From: Rhynchobatus australiae
Lineage: Eukaryota
Assembly (NCBI GenBank): GCA_034780895.1
Contig: JAUZTB010000071.1
Location: 27,388,997-27,452,996 of the forward strand
Direction: 5' to 3'
DNA length: 64,000 bases
Position numbers and translations under genes: made by a program. The notes under the pieces were generated by a model. It was not told the DNA's origin and searched no databases. It was given only the letters and a program-made list of their open reading frames with translations. Below, piece after piece: positions 11,931-25,880 of this stretch. Position 1 is the stretch's first letter, and each line of letters opens with the position of its first letter.

Positions 11931-12589
11931 CCTAAGATTTGAAATTCTCTTTCGAAAACTTCCCTGCATTTCTACGTCTCTTCTCTTTACCAAGCTTGGT
12001 GGATCACTGTTAGATTTTGTCTTTCAGTCCTGTAAAGCATATTAGGATGTTTCATGTTCATTCAGGGTGCTATTTGGACCAAGTCATTGTTGTCGTCAAC
12101 GTTTGCAAGTTGGTCTCTATTTTGGGATTCCATTGCTGAGGATGAGTCCATTGCTGGAACACTGAGGGGATTGTGCAGAAGTAGAAAAAAAAATGATGTG
12201 AAGAATAACTGGTCAGAGTGGGTCCAGGGCAGAGCCTTTGCACTGAAGCAAACTGTAGAAGGTTGATCTTCAAAGAAGGCAACGTCAGCTAATAGTCAAG
12301 CTGTTCCAAAATAGTTGCAACACTGATATCTGTACAACAATGTGAAAAATTATTCATTCATATTCTCATAGCAAGGCCAGTCTAATTACTCTACTGGTGG
12401 TCAAGTCTCAATCATCAGCAAAATTATTGATCTGGCAATTGACATTGCCATTAAGTTCTGCATATTGACCTATAGCCTGTTCATAGATGCGCAAGGACCA
12501 CTTGATTCAAGATGTCATTGCCACCTTAGTCCAAGCATGGGCAGAGGAGATAAATTCCACAAGTGATCCAGAGCCTTAAACTAGCTCAG

Positions 12590-13250
12590 TTATTAGATGG
12601 AGTATATTTGGACCTTCAGGAAGTATTTGATAAGAGATTATTTAAAGTGTTTGCAGTATTGAAGGGTAATACAATGGCATGGATGGAGGACTGCTTAAAA
12701 GAAAGAATGAAGAACAGAAATCAATGAGTCATTTCTGAGTTGGGAGGCTGTGATCAATGGGGTGCCACAGGGATCTGTATTGGGACCCCATTTGCTTGCA
12801 ATATATGTCAATGATTTGGATGAGAGGACCAAGTGTAACATAGCCAGATTTGCAGATGTTACAAAGCTTGATTGCAGTATGGGCTGTGAGGAGGATGCAG
12901 AGGGGCTTCAGGAAATCTGGATATATTAAGTAAACAGATAAGACGTGGCACAAGTATACTGTGGCGTCCATTTTGGGTGAGAATATAAAAACTTTTCTTT
13001 TAAATGTGAAAAATGTTGGTGGTCAGGGGGATCTGGGTATCCTTGTACATTGATCACTGAAAGTTAACGTGCAGCTGCAGCAGGTAGTTAAAAAGGCACA
13101 TGGTACTTTCATAAGAGAAGGAGCATTTTGCTGCAATTAAATAGGGCCTTGTTGAGACTGCATATGGGATATTGTGCACAGATCAGCCTCCCACTTGAAA
13201 TGTACTTGTGATAAAGGGAGTGCAATGATGGTTTATTGGATTGATTCCTG
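12590..13250 (+). mobile_element. Decayed CR1 LINE RT fragment
   Basis: Translates to remnants YLDLQEVFDK, GVPQGSVLGP, YVNDLD and RFADVTKL (CR1 RT motifs). Confidence 0.8.
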
Positions 13251-13429
13251 GGATGTTGTGGGGAGGGGTGGGAGGAGTCAGGGGTTAGTTATGAGGGGAT
13301 ATTATATACATGTGTAAAAGCATGTGAATNNNNNNNNNNNNNNNNNNNNNNNNNNNNNNNNNNNNNNNNNNNNNNNNNNNNNNNNNNNNNNNNNNNNNNN
13401 NNNNNNNNNNNNNNNNNNNNNNNNNNNNN

Positions 13430-13670
13430 TGAGATGGACTCTGACCTCACAATCTACGTTGTTGTGACCTTGCACCTTATTGCACTGCACTTTCTCTGTA
13501 GCTGTGACACTACTCTGTACTGTTACTGTTTTTACCTGTAATACATCAATGCACTTTGTACTAACCCAATGTGACTGCACTGTGTAATGAATTGACCTGT
13601 ACGATGGGTTTGTAAGACAAGCTTTTCACTGTACCTCGGTACAAGTGACAATAATAAACCAATACCAATA
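13430..13670 (+). mobile_element. LINE 3'-UTR repeat family (gactctgacctcacaatctac...aataaaccaatacca)
   Basis: The same sequence recurs inverted at ~29235-29470 and direct at ~45820-46000. Family assignment is uncertain. Confidence 0.6.
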
Positions 13671-14224
13671 AGATCTTGTCAGGTTCAGTTGTAACCAGAA
13701 CTCTGCATTCCAAGTTCACCCACAGTAATCTTGCACCCTCTTGCTTCTCAAGAATCTATCTACCTCTGCCTTAAAATATTTAAAGACTCTACTTCCACTG
13801 TTCTTTGAGGAAGACAGTTCCAAATGTTTATGACCCTCTGATAGGAGTATTGTTTCATCAGTGTCTTTAATGGGCAACCCTTATTTTTAAACAGTGATGC
13901 CTTGTTCTGGGTTCTTCCACAAGACAAATATTTATTTCCCCATCCATGCTGATTAGTGATTCAGTCAATCCACACTCACTCTTCTAAACTCCAGTGGATA
14001 AAAGCCCAATCTGTCCAGCCTTTCCTCATTAGGTAACCTGTCTACTTAAAATGTTAGTCTAGTAATTCTCCACCTCAAACAGTACCCAATGCATTCTCAT
14101 CTTTCTCTAATCAAGGAGACCATTACTACACAGACTCCAGAAATGGGATCATATCAATGCCATTAATATCTAAAGCATAAACCCCCTTGTATGTGAAGAA
14201 GACCAAGCTGATATCATCTTGAGT

Positions 14225-14490
14225 TTATAAGATTTCTTTATTAGTCACATGCACATCAGAACACACTGAAATGCATCTTTGCGTCCAGCCTGCGGGCAGC
14301 CCACAAGTGTCACCATGCTTCCGGCGCTAACGTAACATGTTCTCAACTTCCTAACCTGTGCGTCTTTGAAACATGGGAGGAAACCCACACAGTCATGGGG
14401 AGAATGTACGAACTCCTTACAGAGAGCAGCTGGAATTGAACCCGGATCGCTGGTGTTATAGCGTTATGCTAACTACTACACTACCGTGCC
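14225..14490 (-). mobile_element. tRNA-derived SINE
   Basis: The minus strand begins ggcacggtagtgtagtagttagc (A box) ... ccgggttcaattcc (B box), followed by a V-SINE-like core and an AT-rich tail. It lies between CR1 fragments (~13690-14190 minus, ~14500-14840 plus). Confidence 0.75.
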
Positions 14491-16869
14491 TGCAGAACAA
14501 GATGTGATTTCATTGAAATGGATACACTTTTTTGGGGCTTAACAGGGTAAATGTGGAGTTGATGTTTTCCCTGGCTGTGGTATCTATAACCAAGGGTTGG
14601 TCTCAAAAGAAGGGATCAGCCATTTAGGATGGATGAGAAGAAACCTCTTCATCCAGAGGATAGTGAAGTCTGTGGAAGCTCGGTCACTGAATGATTTGAG
14701 GATGAAGGTCAATAGGTGTTGAGATATTTAGGGAATTGATGGATGTGAGGTTAGTGCAAGAATGTAGTGCTGATTTAAAAGATCAGCCATAATATCGAAT
14801 GGCTGAATAGGCGTGGTGGACTGGGTGGCTGCCTTCTGCTCTCTCTGTGTTCAGTCAGCGGCATTGAATGCAGTTCTGCTTCTCGACCTTGGCAGGGAGG
14901 TAGAGAAAAGAAGACAATGTCAGAAATAGATAAAGAAAAATTTAACCAAGAAAGTTCAATTATTGTTTATGGTGGCATCAACTGAGTGGACAAAAGTAGA
15001 GAATATAAATTGTATGATTTATGTAAGAAAGGAGATTGAATGGAAGCTAAATGGACAATTACTAGGACACATTTGGCATAACTTGGAAACTGAACTTCAT
15101 CTTGAGTGGGCTGTACCTAATGACTATAATTCCTTTGCTGATTGCACTTGTTTTAAATTTGTATGGGGTGCCACAGCAGATGGGTTAATTTTGAATATTA
15201 ATAGGTAAACATATTATGGATATCCTACTTTCAATAGTCAGTGAATATCATACAAGACGTGTAGACTTATAACCTGGTGCCATTTACAATTAATGCCTTG
15301 TTATTTACTGGAAATTGTAAAATATTTGTGGACCATAAATTCAGTATAGCTTTTAAGCCACCTGGTAAACCTGTAGAGTAACTTGATGTTTTGGTGATTT
15401 CAGATTGCTGGGCCTTTTCTGAGTCAATTCTCTTTGGCAAGGGTGTGGGGTTAAACAACATAGAGGGCATCATTGGCATGAAGATCATAGATGGGCTAAT
15501 GGGGATGAGGGCAAGTAAGTTTTTTTTTCCCCCTGTTGGTGTTCTCCTAATTTGTCACAAACTTGGCCCATGAGCTTCAGGCCTTGATCATTGATACCAT
15601 CACTCAGCCATTCCTGGTGATGGAAATCTAAATATATTATATACAGTAAATGCTTTCATGCGGTGTTCAGCATGGAGGAATGTTGATTCACCAATTATTG
15701 CCTGAGCAGTCTGTGGGACAGCTCTCTCAATTGTGGTATCTTCCCAGGTTTGAGTGATGGGGAAATTGCTCAAACCTGGGTGGAGTGGAATGCATGTAAT
15801 GAGTTTGAATGAGATGTCTGAGTCTCTGCTTGATAGTGTGTTCAGATTTATTCTTCTTGTACCTCTTTGTGGTGGTTTCATAAAACTAAATGACTAGCTG
15901 AGCCACTTCAGAACGGATGAGATTGAACCATATTGTTGTGAGTCTGTAGTTACGTAGGCCAGACTGGATAGGGACAGTAAGTTTCTTTCCCCAAGGATGT
16001 TGGTGAACCGTTTTTTTTTGTATGGTCACTATTTCTTATACTAGTTATTTTTGTGATTTATTTAACCCTAATTCAAATTCCCAAACTGGTAGGATTTGAA
16101 CACCCATCTCTGGATTGTTGGTTGAGATCTCTAGATTTATAGTCTTAATGTTGCTGCTGTACTGTACTGTCTCCTGTGGTCTATACTTGTGTTAAAGCTT
16201 CAGTGAACCTCTTTTCATGTTCATTCCAGGCTATCTGTGTAGCCTTCTATTTCTTTTCCATACTTTTTCTTTCACTCCACTTCTACCTTTAATGCATTTG
16301 TATTATTTACACTACTCCATGTGGTAGTGTCTCGAGATGAGCTGGTTGTTTCTTTCTGACATTAATCCAACTGCTTCATAGCCACTTCTACTGGTACCAC
16401 GTTAAACAACTTTTTTCCTGAAACTAAAGAGTTATCAATCAAAGAAACAAGGTCAACTTTCACCCTTTATTAGTGTACATTTATAATTGGAACTGTTGCA
16501 TTATGTTGCTGGACGTCATATGTGGTTGATATTTACATGTGCTTAAAAAGTGACATTCATTGTGGATCACTTTGCTGAGTTTAATCAATAAATTGTGCTC
16601 ATATCATTAGGTCTATGAACTGTGGCTAAACAGATATTTGATATTGGAGTAATCTATTCCTGCAGCTGAGCCTCTGAGGTCTGTTGCACATAAAAACCTG
16701 TAAGCATTAGGCAGGTTGGGCTGATCTTCAACAGTGAAAATAACACTCGAAAAAGAACCACTTAATGTGGTAAAATATGGAATTTTGCTCCACAGAAATA
16801 TTATCAGAATCAGATTTATTATCACTGACATACGTGGTGAAATTTGTTTTGTGATATGTAACATGAATT

Positions 16870-18850
16870 GTAAGATGTAATATGAAGGAAGTTAACCAAA
16901 AATTCAATGAAAAATGCTGGTGTGGAGTGTATAAAAAGAAAAGATTTTAGTGGCTTTTCATTGAACTTCAAGGCCAAGGCAGGAGAAATTGGAATGGAGA
17001 AAAGGAAATGGCTGACACTCTAAACATACTTTGCTTTTATCTTCAAGGCAAAACTAACATAAAATAAATAGTGGAGAACCAAAGGAGTATTGAAATTTGG
17101 GAATATAAAATAAATTATTATTGGCAAATAAAGAGTACTTTAGAAATAGACTAAATACTGACATCCCTTGGAGCTCATAGTCTGCATCTAAAGATTTTAA
17201 GAGGTGATTAGAGATTATGAAACCCCAAAAATTGACTACATTCTGGAATGATCCAGAAGACTAGTAAATGTAACATTGATATTCAAGAAAGGAGGGAGGG
17301 AGAGCAAAGGGAACTGGAGGTAGGTAGCCCAATATAAGTTATCAGAATAATATCAGAATATCATTAAATATGCATTAAAGGAGCACTAAAAACATAGTAT
17401 GATTTGGCAGAGTCATGTGGCTTCGTAAAGGGAAAATCATGTATGTTTGATAACATTGTAATTTGATTGTAATTGTAACCTTGCACTCAACGTCAACAAG
17501 ACCAAGGAATTGATTGTGGACTTCAGGAAGGGGAAGTTGGGAGAACACACCAGTCTTAATCGAGGGGTGAGCAGCTCCAAGTTCCTGGCGTCAACATCTC
17601 AGAGGATCTATCCTGGGCCTAACATGCTGATGCAATTACGAAGAAGGCATGCCAGCGGCTCTACTTCACTAGGAATTGGAGGGAATTTGGTATGTCACCA
17701 AAAACTCTTGCAAATTTCTACAGGTGTACAGTAGAGGACATTCTGACTGGGTGCATCATTGCTGGGTGTGCAGGCTCCAATGTGTAGGATTGAAAGAGGC
17801 TGCAGAGGGTTGTAGACTCGGCAAGCTCCGTCATGGATACAGCCCTCCCTGTGCCTTCGAGGACATCTTCAAGAGGTGGTGCCTCAAGAAGGTGGCATCC
17901 ATCATTAAGGACCCTTACCAACTGGGACAGGCCTTCTTCACATTGCTACCATCAGGGAGGAGGTACAGGAGCCTGAAGACCCATACTCAACAGTTCAGAA
18001 ACAGCTTCTTCCCTTTTGCCATCAGATTTCTGAACAGTCCATGAACAATACCTTGTTATTCCTCTTTTGCACTATTTACCTTTATAGTAATTTTGCACAG
18101 TACTGCTGCCACAAAACAACAAATGTCACGACACATGTCAGTGATAATAAATCTAATTCTGATTCGAGAATGTAGCTAGCAGTGTGGATGAGAAAGAAAT
18201 GGTGGATATAGTGCAAATGAACAAAAAGCAAAACACTGGGGGATACTTGGCAGTTCAGGCAGCAACTGTGGTGAGAATTAACATAGTTAACATTTCAGGT
18301 CATTGACCATCAGTTTTTGTGTTTGGATATAGAATAGGAGTTGGAGAATTAAAATACTAGCATAGGTAAAGGAATGGTTCAAGCACAAAGCTTATTTACA
18401 AGATAGTACTCTGAATAGTAGAATGTCACAGGTATTAGTGCTTGGGATTCATCACTAGACTATCTGTGGAGCAATGATTTAAATGAAGGGGCCTCGTTAT
18501 GTATGCAGGTTTACTGACAGCGCATTGGTAAGTGCATGTGAGAAGGAAGGAAAATGTCTGTAAAGGGATGTAGACAGGTTAAGTGAGAGGGTCTGGACAT
18601 TGCGGTTGTGTGATAGCAAGCAGGGAGAGTTTTTTTCAGTGGTGACAGGCTGGTGTATCGGCAGATTTGGGATCCTTGTACAGTACTTGAAATGGAAAAA
18701 GTTAACCTGGAGCAGTTACAAAGACAAGTGATAGGTGGTCTTTGCAAGGAAGTTGGAGTTCTAGAATGAGAAATTCTCAATGCAGTTTTCCAGGGCTTTG
18801 CTGTGATTTCATTTGGAGTAGAATGTGCAGTTTGTTCCCTGCATCTGGGG
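16870..18850 (+). mobile_element. Old CR1 LINE interrupted by nested insertions
   Basis: CR1 ORF2 remnants (IFKKG, GFVKGKSC at ~17418-17441) resume at ~18166 (...VDExEMVDIV) after the Rex1-like insert. Confidence 0.6.
17480..18165 (+). mobile_element. Rex1/Babar-like LINE, 5'-truncated (RT C-terminal region)
   Basis: KTKELIVDFRKG...SSKFL...NFYRCTVEDILTGCI...RCLKK-like...IIKDP...LLPSGRRYRSLKTHTQQFRNSFFPFAIRFLN across frameshifts; 3' tail gtgataataaatctaattctgattc. Confidence 0.85.
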
Positions 18851-21309
18851 AAATGGACCAGGGCCTCCTAAGCCCAACCTGAAAGGATGGTGGCAGGTTT
18901 AGGTTGGGAGGATTTCTGGTAGAACATCGGTGTGGGTTCAGGCTGTGCCCAGATCAGTTCTTTATGTAGATCAGAATGATATTTGATTGGTATTACAGCA
19001 TATGAATGGCAGGTTTGAGATTGTATTAATAATGGTTAGGTCAGATGTGGAAGAAAATGGATGTGCAAAGACAAGGTTTGGGTTTGGTTTAGCCAGAGTC
19101 TGGTTTGCTTTGGGTTTTAATTACTAAGCAGACTTTCTTTTAAAAAAAATTATGTTGGTGGTGCAGCTNNNNNNNNNNNNNNNNNNNNNNNNNNNNNNNN
19201 NNNNNNNNNNNNNNNNNNNNNNNNNNNNNNNNNNNNNNNNNNNNNNNNNNNNNNNNNNNNNNNNNNNNTCGGTGGATTAGTCAGCCCATCATTTCAGGAG
19301 TCAATGGAGATCAAGTAGAATGGCCCTATTTCATTGAGAGGGATTGTCTTGAAATGTATTAAATTCCTTGAGGGCTTGGTGGGATAGATGCTGCAGAGTT
19401 ATTTTCTGAGTTGAGAGTCATGAGGTTGGGATAAGTATTTGGCCACTTAAGGATGAGATGAAGAGAAACATCTTCGCTCAGAAGGTTTCTAAAGTGCGTG
19501 GGTGAAATGAGATTGAACAGCAGAGCAAACACGAGGGGGTATGAGGTCTATTCTTGCTCCTATTTCTTGTGTTCAATCCAGGAGGATAGCTGCTTTTTCT
19601 GAGAACATAAATGGCTCCGACTTGGAGCAGCAGGTCCATCTAAAATTTTCTGGTGTGTGTTTAACCAAGTTATGGAGGTGAAATGAGGTCTATCTCCATT
19701 TGCATCCAGGGATTTTATTATGCTTGTTTTCCAGTTCCATTGTTTAATACACCAGATGCTTGTTCCTCTTTAAGTTGCATAATATCGATGTGCCAAAATC
19801 CTGAACCTTACTATTTAATAGCACAAGGACTTCACATCTTAGTGAAGGTAGATAAGAAATGCTTTTTAATGTTTGCCTTTACAGGCCCCCCTTCCAATAT
19901 CTCAAGGGTAAAAACAGCAAACAAACATTACTTGTGTTACTGGTTTGAATACTAGTAAGCTCAAGAGAGTTGCAGCAGTGTTTCTTGCTCAGTTTTGAGC
20001 TCTTGTGCTGANNNNNNNNNNNNNNNNNNNNNNNNNNNNNNAAGAGTTGATTTTCTGTGTTTTCAAATGTGTTGAAGGTTTTGTAAAGGCTGGATGTGTA
20101 TTATTGACAAAAAAAAGATAGAAGCCCCATTAACTCAATTGTGTGTGTTTGGTGCTATTCACATTCTCCTTCGAAACTGAAAGGGCCAAAACCTTCATTG
20201 CTAGCAAAGGATGAATTCACACTTTGAAGTAGGAAATCTGCACCTTGTTGATGTTGCAATGAATATTTTTGTTTTATGTGGGCAACTGATTCAAAGGACC
20301 TAGTATAAAAGGAGAACTCTTGATCCCTCCATCTCCCACCAACCGCTCCCCCCCACCCAGTTGTAAAGTTGACAGTTCAGCAGATGTACTCATTCCTGAT
20401 GTGCATGTCGATACAACATTGGGAATCTGTGTTGCCTGTTGTATAGCCAGCCGTATTTTGGTTCCTGCTGTGTTCAGAACGCTGAATCAACCTGGATGGG
20501 CATGATCTTGCTGCCTTAAACTGGAAGAGACTTGTTCAGCAAAACTAGATGCAATTCACCAAGATTTAAGTTGCAAGTTACTATGTGATAAAACTTAGAG
20601 CGCAGGTCAGTCAGGTTTATGCTTTGTGGAGTAGAGTCATTAATATTGGCAATTCTAAGCAGTAGCTCTTTTTTAATCTGTGAATGTTTTGCAGTTCTCA
20701 GAAAGAGCTGGATTCCATTTTGCAGCATGTAGATTCCTCTTATGTGCTGTAAAGATCCTGATTTGATGTTTGCTGTTATTTTCTCTCAGATTTCTTTGGG
20801 CAGGACTGTCTCTGGTACAAACACCACTAGCTTGCAGGGAATAACGGGCCTGTGTGCCACCTTCTCAACTCATGGCATCTTTTTGCTATTCCTTGATCTT
20901 GAATTTGTTACTGTCTGGCACTTTGGGCTTTGCATCGGTTCAGTGAAAATCCACAGTGCCTACCTGTTTAGTGTAATTTAGTTTGTGCCAGTAAATCATC
21001 CCTCCTGACTACGTTGAGTTTTGGTCATTCAGCATGGAAACAGGCCCCTTGGACCACTGCTTCTATGCAGACCATAAATGCCCATTATACTAATCTATGC
21101 TAATTTCATTATCTTGCAACCTATTTATCCACCAACCAGCACATATTGGGCATGTGGGAGGAAACTGGAGCACCTGGGGAACCCCATGCAGTCTGTGCTC
21201 ATCCATCTTCAATATGGCAGCCCTGGTATTATCACAAGAGGGCCACTTTACCAAATCTTTGTCAGAATTTGACTTCTGACTGTTTAATTATATAAGTTAT
21301 CAGCTTGGG

Positions 21310-21670
21310 ATCAAATGTTAGGACCCTGTCCACTCCGGTTTCTGTTCAAGTCTCACTCCTTAAACAAATGCATACAAATCTAAGATGACACTCCAATGCT
21401 GCATTGTCTTTCAGATGGGGCATTAAATTGATGTCCTTTCACTCTCTCAGGTAGATGCAAAGGATGAGAGGAGTTATTCCTGGTGACTTGCAATATTTAT
21501 ACCTTAACCATCACTAAACAATATCTGATTACTACCAGACTTTTGAAGTGTAGTCACCAATAATGTAGGAATTGGGTTTTGTATTTCCTATATTATTGGT
21601 GATTGCACTTCAGAAATATTTTAATGCCTGTAAAGTGTGTTGTGATATTCTGAAATGGGCATGAAATACG
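21310..21670 (+). mobile_element. Decayed DeuSINE (SacSINE1/AmnSINE-type Deu domain)
   Basis: gacactccaatgctgcattgtctttcagatggggcattaaa...ctctcaggtagatgcaaaggat...caatatttatacc resembles the Deu core; a related copy lies at 56770-57060. Confidence 0.6.
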
Positions 21671-21946
21671 TTCCTTCACTTCCACCACTTTTATCAGTGC
21701 CTGTTTTATAAACTGCTGTCTAAGTACAAATGTTCAGAATCAATTTATGAGGGATATGCTGGAAACACTGAATTTTTTGAGTAGATGCATATATTATTTT
21801 GCCAAAAATTTCCCACAAGCTGAAAGCTTTCTCCAGTTCTATAATGTAGACTTGTAATGTAGCTTTCCAGGATGCTCCAGGAACTTGTGTAACTTAATGC
21901 CTCATTGAGGAAAATAAATCTAATTGGATCCCATTATTTCTCACAG

Positions 21947-22032
21947 ACCATGCAAGCAGCGCGATGCCCTACTGATGAATTGTCGTTGACCAACTGTGCT
22001 GTTGTGAATGAAAAGGATTTCCAGACTGGCCA
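21947..22032 (+). CDS. NSF: NSF coding exon 2 ([29 protein letters not shown])
   Basis: tttctcacag|ACC...GGCCA|gtatgt; 86 nt; near-identical to the vertebrate NSF N-domain start. Confidence 0.97.
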
Positions 22033-22774
22033 GTATGTACAATATTTGTTAAATGTTTTTGTGCACTTCCATTCTGTTATCTCTCGGTGCGTCAGTCACA
22101 GTTTGCAGGAATGTGTCAAAGTTAAGCAATTATTAGACAGCACCAAATATATCTCTTAATGTGAGTACAGTAGCCAGTACAAATAAAAAAATTTGCAACA
22201 ATCTAACTGGTTTGATCCTTTGAAAGACCTAGAGTCTAAAGTACTACCTAGAGTTTAAAGTATCAGTGTTCGAGGTAGTCTAGTGTGTTGGCTTTTTGCA
22301 TTCTGGGCCCTTGGCTCAAGTCAAGCTGAATGTGAATGGAAGCAAATGCCTTCTCAGCTGTTTGGTCCCTCGTGCAAAGAGTTTCAGTTTTAACCTGGTC
22401 CCGAAAGAGTATGTGGCCTGTGCAGTTATATTAGCTACTGTGAAAATTAACAGGTGAGGGGTTTCCTACTGGGATCTAATGGGTTGAGGTGAATTTTGAG
22501 ACACAGCGGTGGCCCTTTTTATCTTGGACTGTTATGTTTGCCATCTGGAGAGCTTGGTGTTGATATTGGGAGCCAAAACCAGGCATGGAACGCTTCTGCT
22601 TGATCACACATTTTGTCTTAAGATGAAGATGGTAAAAAAAAAGAGAGAAAGAGGAACTCATTTTTTTAAATCTGTTTGTCTCCCACTATTTCTCCAGTTT
22701 AATATTTGGGTGCTGACAAATACCTGGTTGGTAGCTACTGACTAGTTTCAAGATGTTGCCAGTTGTCATAATGT

Positions 22775-24430
22775 TCCGAAACAGGCCTTTTGGCCCACCG
22801 GTTCCACGCCAACTCATCTACACTAATCCCACTTGGTCTGTAGAAATTTAAGCACTAGATGCTTATTAAATGTTGTTAGAACCTCTTTTTTTTCCTGCTC
22901 CCCTAGACAGTGCATTCCACATCCCAACCACCCCCAGGAAGAAAAATTTCCACCTCTGATTCCCTCCTAACCTCCCATTCGTTATCTTAAATCTTATGTC
23001 CTTTGTCTTTAATACCTTTACTGTTGGGGAAAAGTTTCTTACTTGCTACCTTGTCTATGCACTTATCTTGTACATAAATTTGTATGTCCCCTTCTCAGCC
23101 TTCTCTTCAAGAAAAACAAACCCAGCCTATCTAGTCTCTATGCATAACTAAAACACTCCATCTCAGGCAACATCCTGGTGAACCTTCTCCAGTACAATCA
23201 TGTCCTTCCAACAGGGTGGTAACCAGAATTGCACACAGTACTCCAGCTGTGGCCTAATCAATATTTTATAAATTGTACCGTAACCTCTGTTCATATTCTG
23301 TTCCCCTGCTAATGAAGGCAGGTATTCCATATGCTTTCTTGTACCATTTTATCTCCATGTGCTGCCACCTTCAGAGACCCTGGGACTTGTTCACCAAGAT
23401 CCTTGTGTTCGTCACTTACTCAGGGCCCTACCATTCACGTTTATCAATACTCTTATCTGTCTTTCCAGAATGCATCAGTTCACACATCAGGATTGGATTC
23501 CATCTGCCACTGTTTTGCTCATTTTAGTAATTGATCAATATTGTTCTGTAGCCTAAGACGACCCTTCTCACTATCAATTTTCGTGTCATTTGTGAATTTA
23601 CTACAATGCCTCCGACATTCACATCTGAATCATTAATGCACATAAACTGGAGAAGGCCCAGCACTGATCCCTGATCAGAATGACAAAATTACCTCAAATA
23701 ATCACATACTGCCTATTATTACTGAGGCAATTTCAGATCCAATTGCCAAATTGCCTTGGATCCAGTGAGCTCTAACATTTTGGATCAGTCTCCTATGTAG
23801 GGGCTTGTCAGCTGCCTGACTGAAGTCCAAGTAGACTACATCAACTGCCCCCATCAATATACTTTATCAGTCAAATTGATCAGATAGGCTCTCCCCATAA
23901 CAAACCAATGCTGATTATCTTTAATTAATCCCTGCCTTTCCAAATGTTAATTAATCTTGTCCCTCAAATTTGTTTCCAATAACTTCTACACCACTGATGT
24001 CAGACTTATTGTGCTTATTATTAGTCACTTATCCTGCTGCACTTGAAGAAAGGTACTACATTTGCCCTCCAGTTACCTGGCACCTTGTATGTGGCTAGTG
24101 AAGATTTAAAAATCATTGTCAGGGTCCCAGCTATTTTCTCCCTTGCTTCCTTTGGCAGCCATGGACTACATCTCATCAGGCTGTGGGGATTTATCCAACT
24201 TTAAGCTTGCCAAGTTGTCTAATTACTCCTTTTCAATGGGAATTTGTTCTAGAATTGCATCCCTACCTAAATTCTCCAAGTCCTCTTTGCACACACACAT
24301 TGTCCATGGGCCCCAAATGGCCCAACTCTTTACCTGGTTACCCTCTTGCCTCTTGCTTAGAAAATGCTTTGGGATTTTCCTTAATCCTGTCTGCCGGTGA
24401 TACTTCATGTTCCCACTTTGCCTCTTGATG
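22775..24430 (-). mobile_element. Decayed CR1 LINE (RT and 3' UTR)
   Basis: Minus-strand remnants LEYCVQFW (23226-23248), VDVVYLDF (23821-23844) and a CR1 3' UTR gggccaaaaggcctgtttc. Confidence 0.8.
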
Positions 24431-25392
24431 TNNNNNNNNNNNNNNNNNNNNNNNNNNNNNNNNNNNNNNNNNNNNNNNNNNNNNNNNNNNNNNNNNNNNN
24501 NNNNNNNNNNNNNNNNNNNNNNNNNNNNNNNGGAAAATGAAAATATTGTTTCTAAACAGTTGCCTGTAATGATGCCGTGGTTGAGCTCAGGAAAGATTCT
24601 GATCCCTGAATTACACTGCCATTTTATAATATAAAACAACAGAGTATCAAATGACCTGTTCACTTTTACCAGTGAAATATTTTACAAATGGGCATTTCTG
24701 TTATGATTAGCTTACAATTAGATAACACCTGTGATCTGTCTTTAAGTGGTGAACATAGAAATAGACAAAAACAATTTCTCAATAATTATTTGCAGTTTAC
24801 ATCTGTAGTAAATATAGTTAAATTCTTCTTTGAATCTCTTTTGCCTCCTATTAACCTGTTCAATAGCACTTTCTTTTAAAAACCCAAAAGCCATACCTAG
24901 ACATTCCTGACACTGTACTGCACAAAAAGGTGAGGTATTTGCTATTCCTGGCAAATACAATCAGGAGAATATGCAACCCAGTTAATAACTCTTCATCCAT
25001 TGCTCTGGTGCTCCATTTCCCAGTAGGTGCATTTAGCATGCACCACGGTGGTGGAAGCATGGAATTTTGCCATAAATGCTAATGATGGGATAGTGGGAGT
25101 CCAAGAGCAACACCTTGGAAATCATCAATGGCAGGACTGGTGATGGGTGGAACTGGAAGAGCGGAATACAGTGAATCACCTGGGGTAGTTGGGGCAGAGA
25201 AACAGGCTGCTCAAACCAACTAGCTCCATGTCAAGTGCTTAGAGTCCACGTAAGACTTCTTGGATTATTTTCTCTGGAGCATCGGAGGCTGAAGGGTGAC
25301 CCTGTACAAGTGTTCAAAAGTATGAAATGCATAGACAGGGTAGATAGAGTCTTTTTCCCCAGAGTGGAAATGTCAAATACCTGAGGGCATAT

Positions 25393-25880
25393 CACAAGAT
25401 AACAAGACAAAGGAGCAGAAGTAGGCCATTCGGCCCATTGAGTCTGCTCCATGAGCTAAACTGATACTATTCCTATCTAGCCCCAATTTCTGGCCTTATC
25501 CACATATCCCTTGATACCTTGATGAATTAGATACCTATCAATCTCCTCCTTAAACGCCCCCAATGATTGGGCCTCCGCAGCTGTATGTGGCAAAGAATTC
25601 CATAATTTCACTACCCTCTGGCTGAAGAACTTTCTCCTCATTTCTGTTTTAAACCGGTACCCTCTAATTCTAAGATTGTGCCCTCTAGTCCTGGACTCAT
25701 CCACCAAGGGAAACAGCTTAACCGCATCTACTCTGTCCAGTCCTTTCAACATTCTAAATGTTTCTGTGAGGTCCCCTCTCATTCTTCTGTACTCCAGTGA
25801 GTACAGCCCAAGAGCTGACAAACACTCATCATAAATAAGCCCTTTCATTCCAGGAATCACCCTCGTAAATCTCTTCTATA
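25393..25880 (-). mobile_element. Young 5'-truncated CR1 LINE with open ORF2 C-terminus
   Basis: ORF 25477-25860 IPGMKGLIYDECLSALGLYSLEYRRMRGDLTETFRMLKG...TRGHNLRIRG...FFSQRVVKLWNSLP. It abuts an older + strand CR1 fragment (25262-25392). Confidence 0.92.

Noticed and set aside
14420-14490. tRNA gene on the minus strand
   Set aside because: A/B boxes are present but continue into a SINE body and tail, with no complete cloverleaf.
21905-22159. 84-aa ORF containing the NSF motif as a stand-alone gene
   Set aside because: Homology is confined to 21947-22032 between splice sites; the rest is intron read-through.
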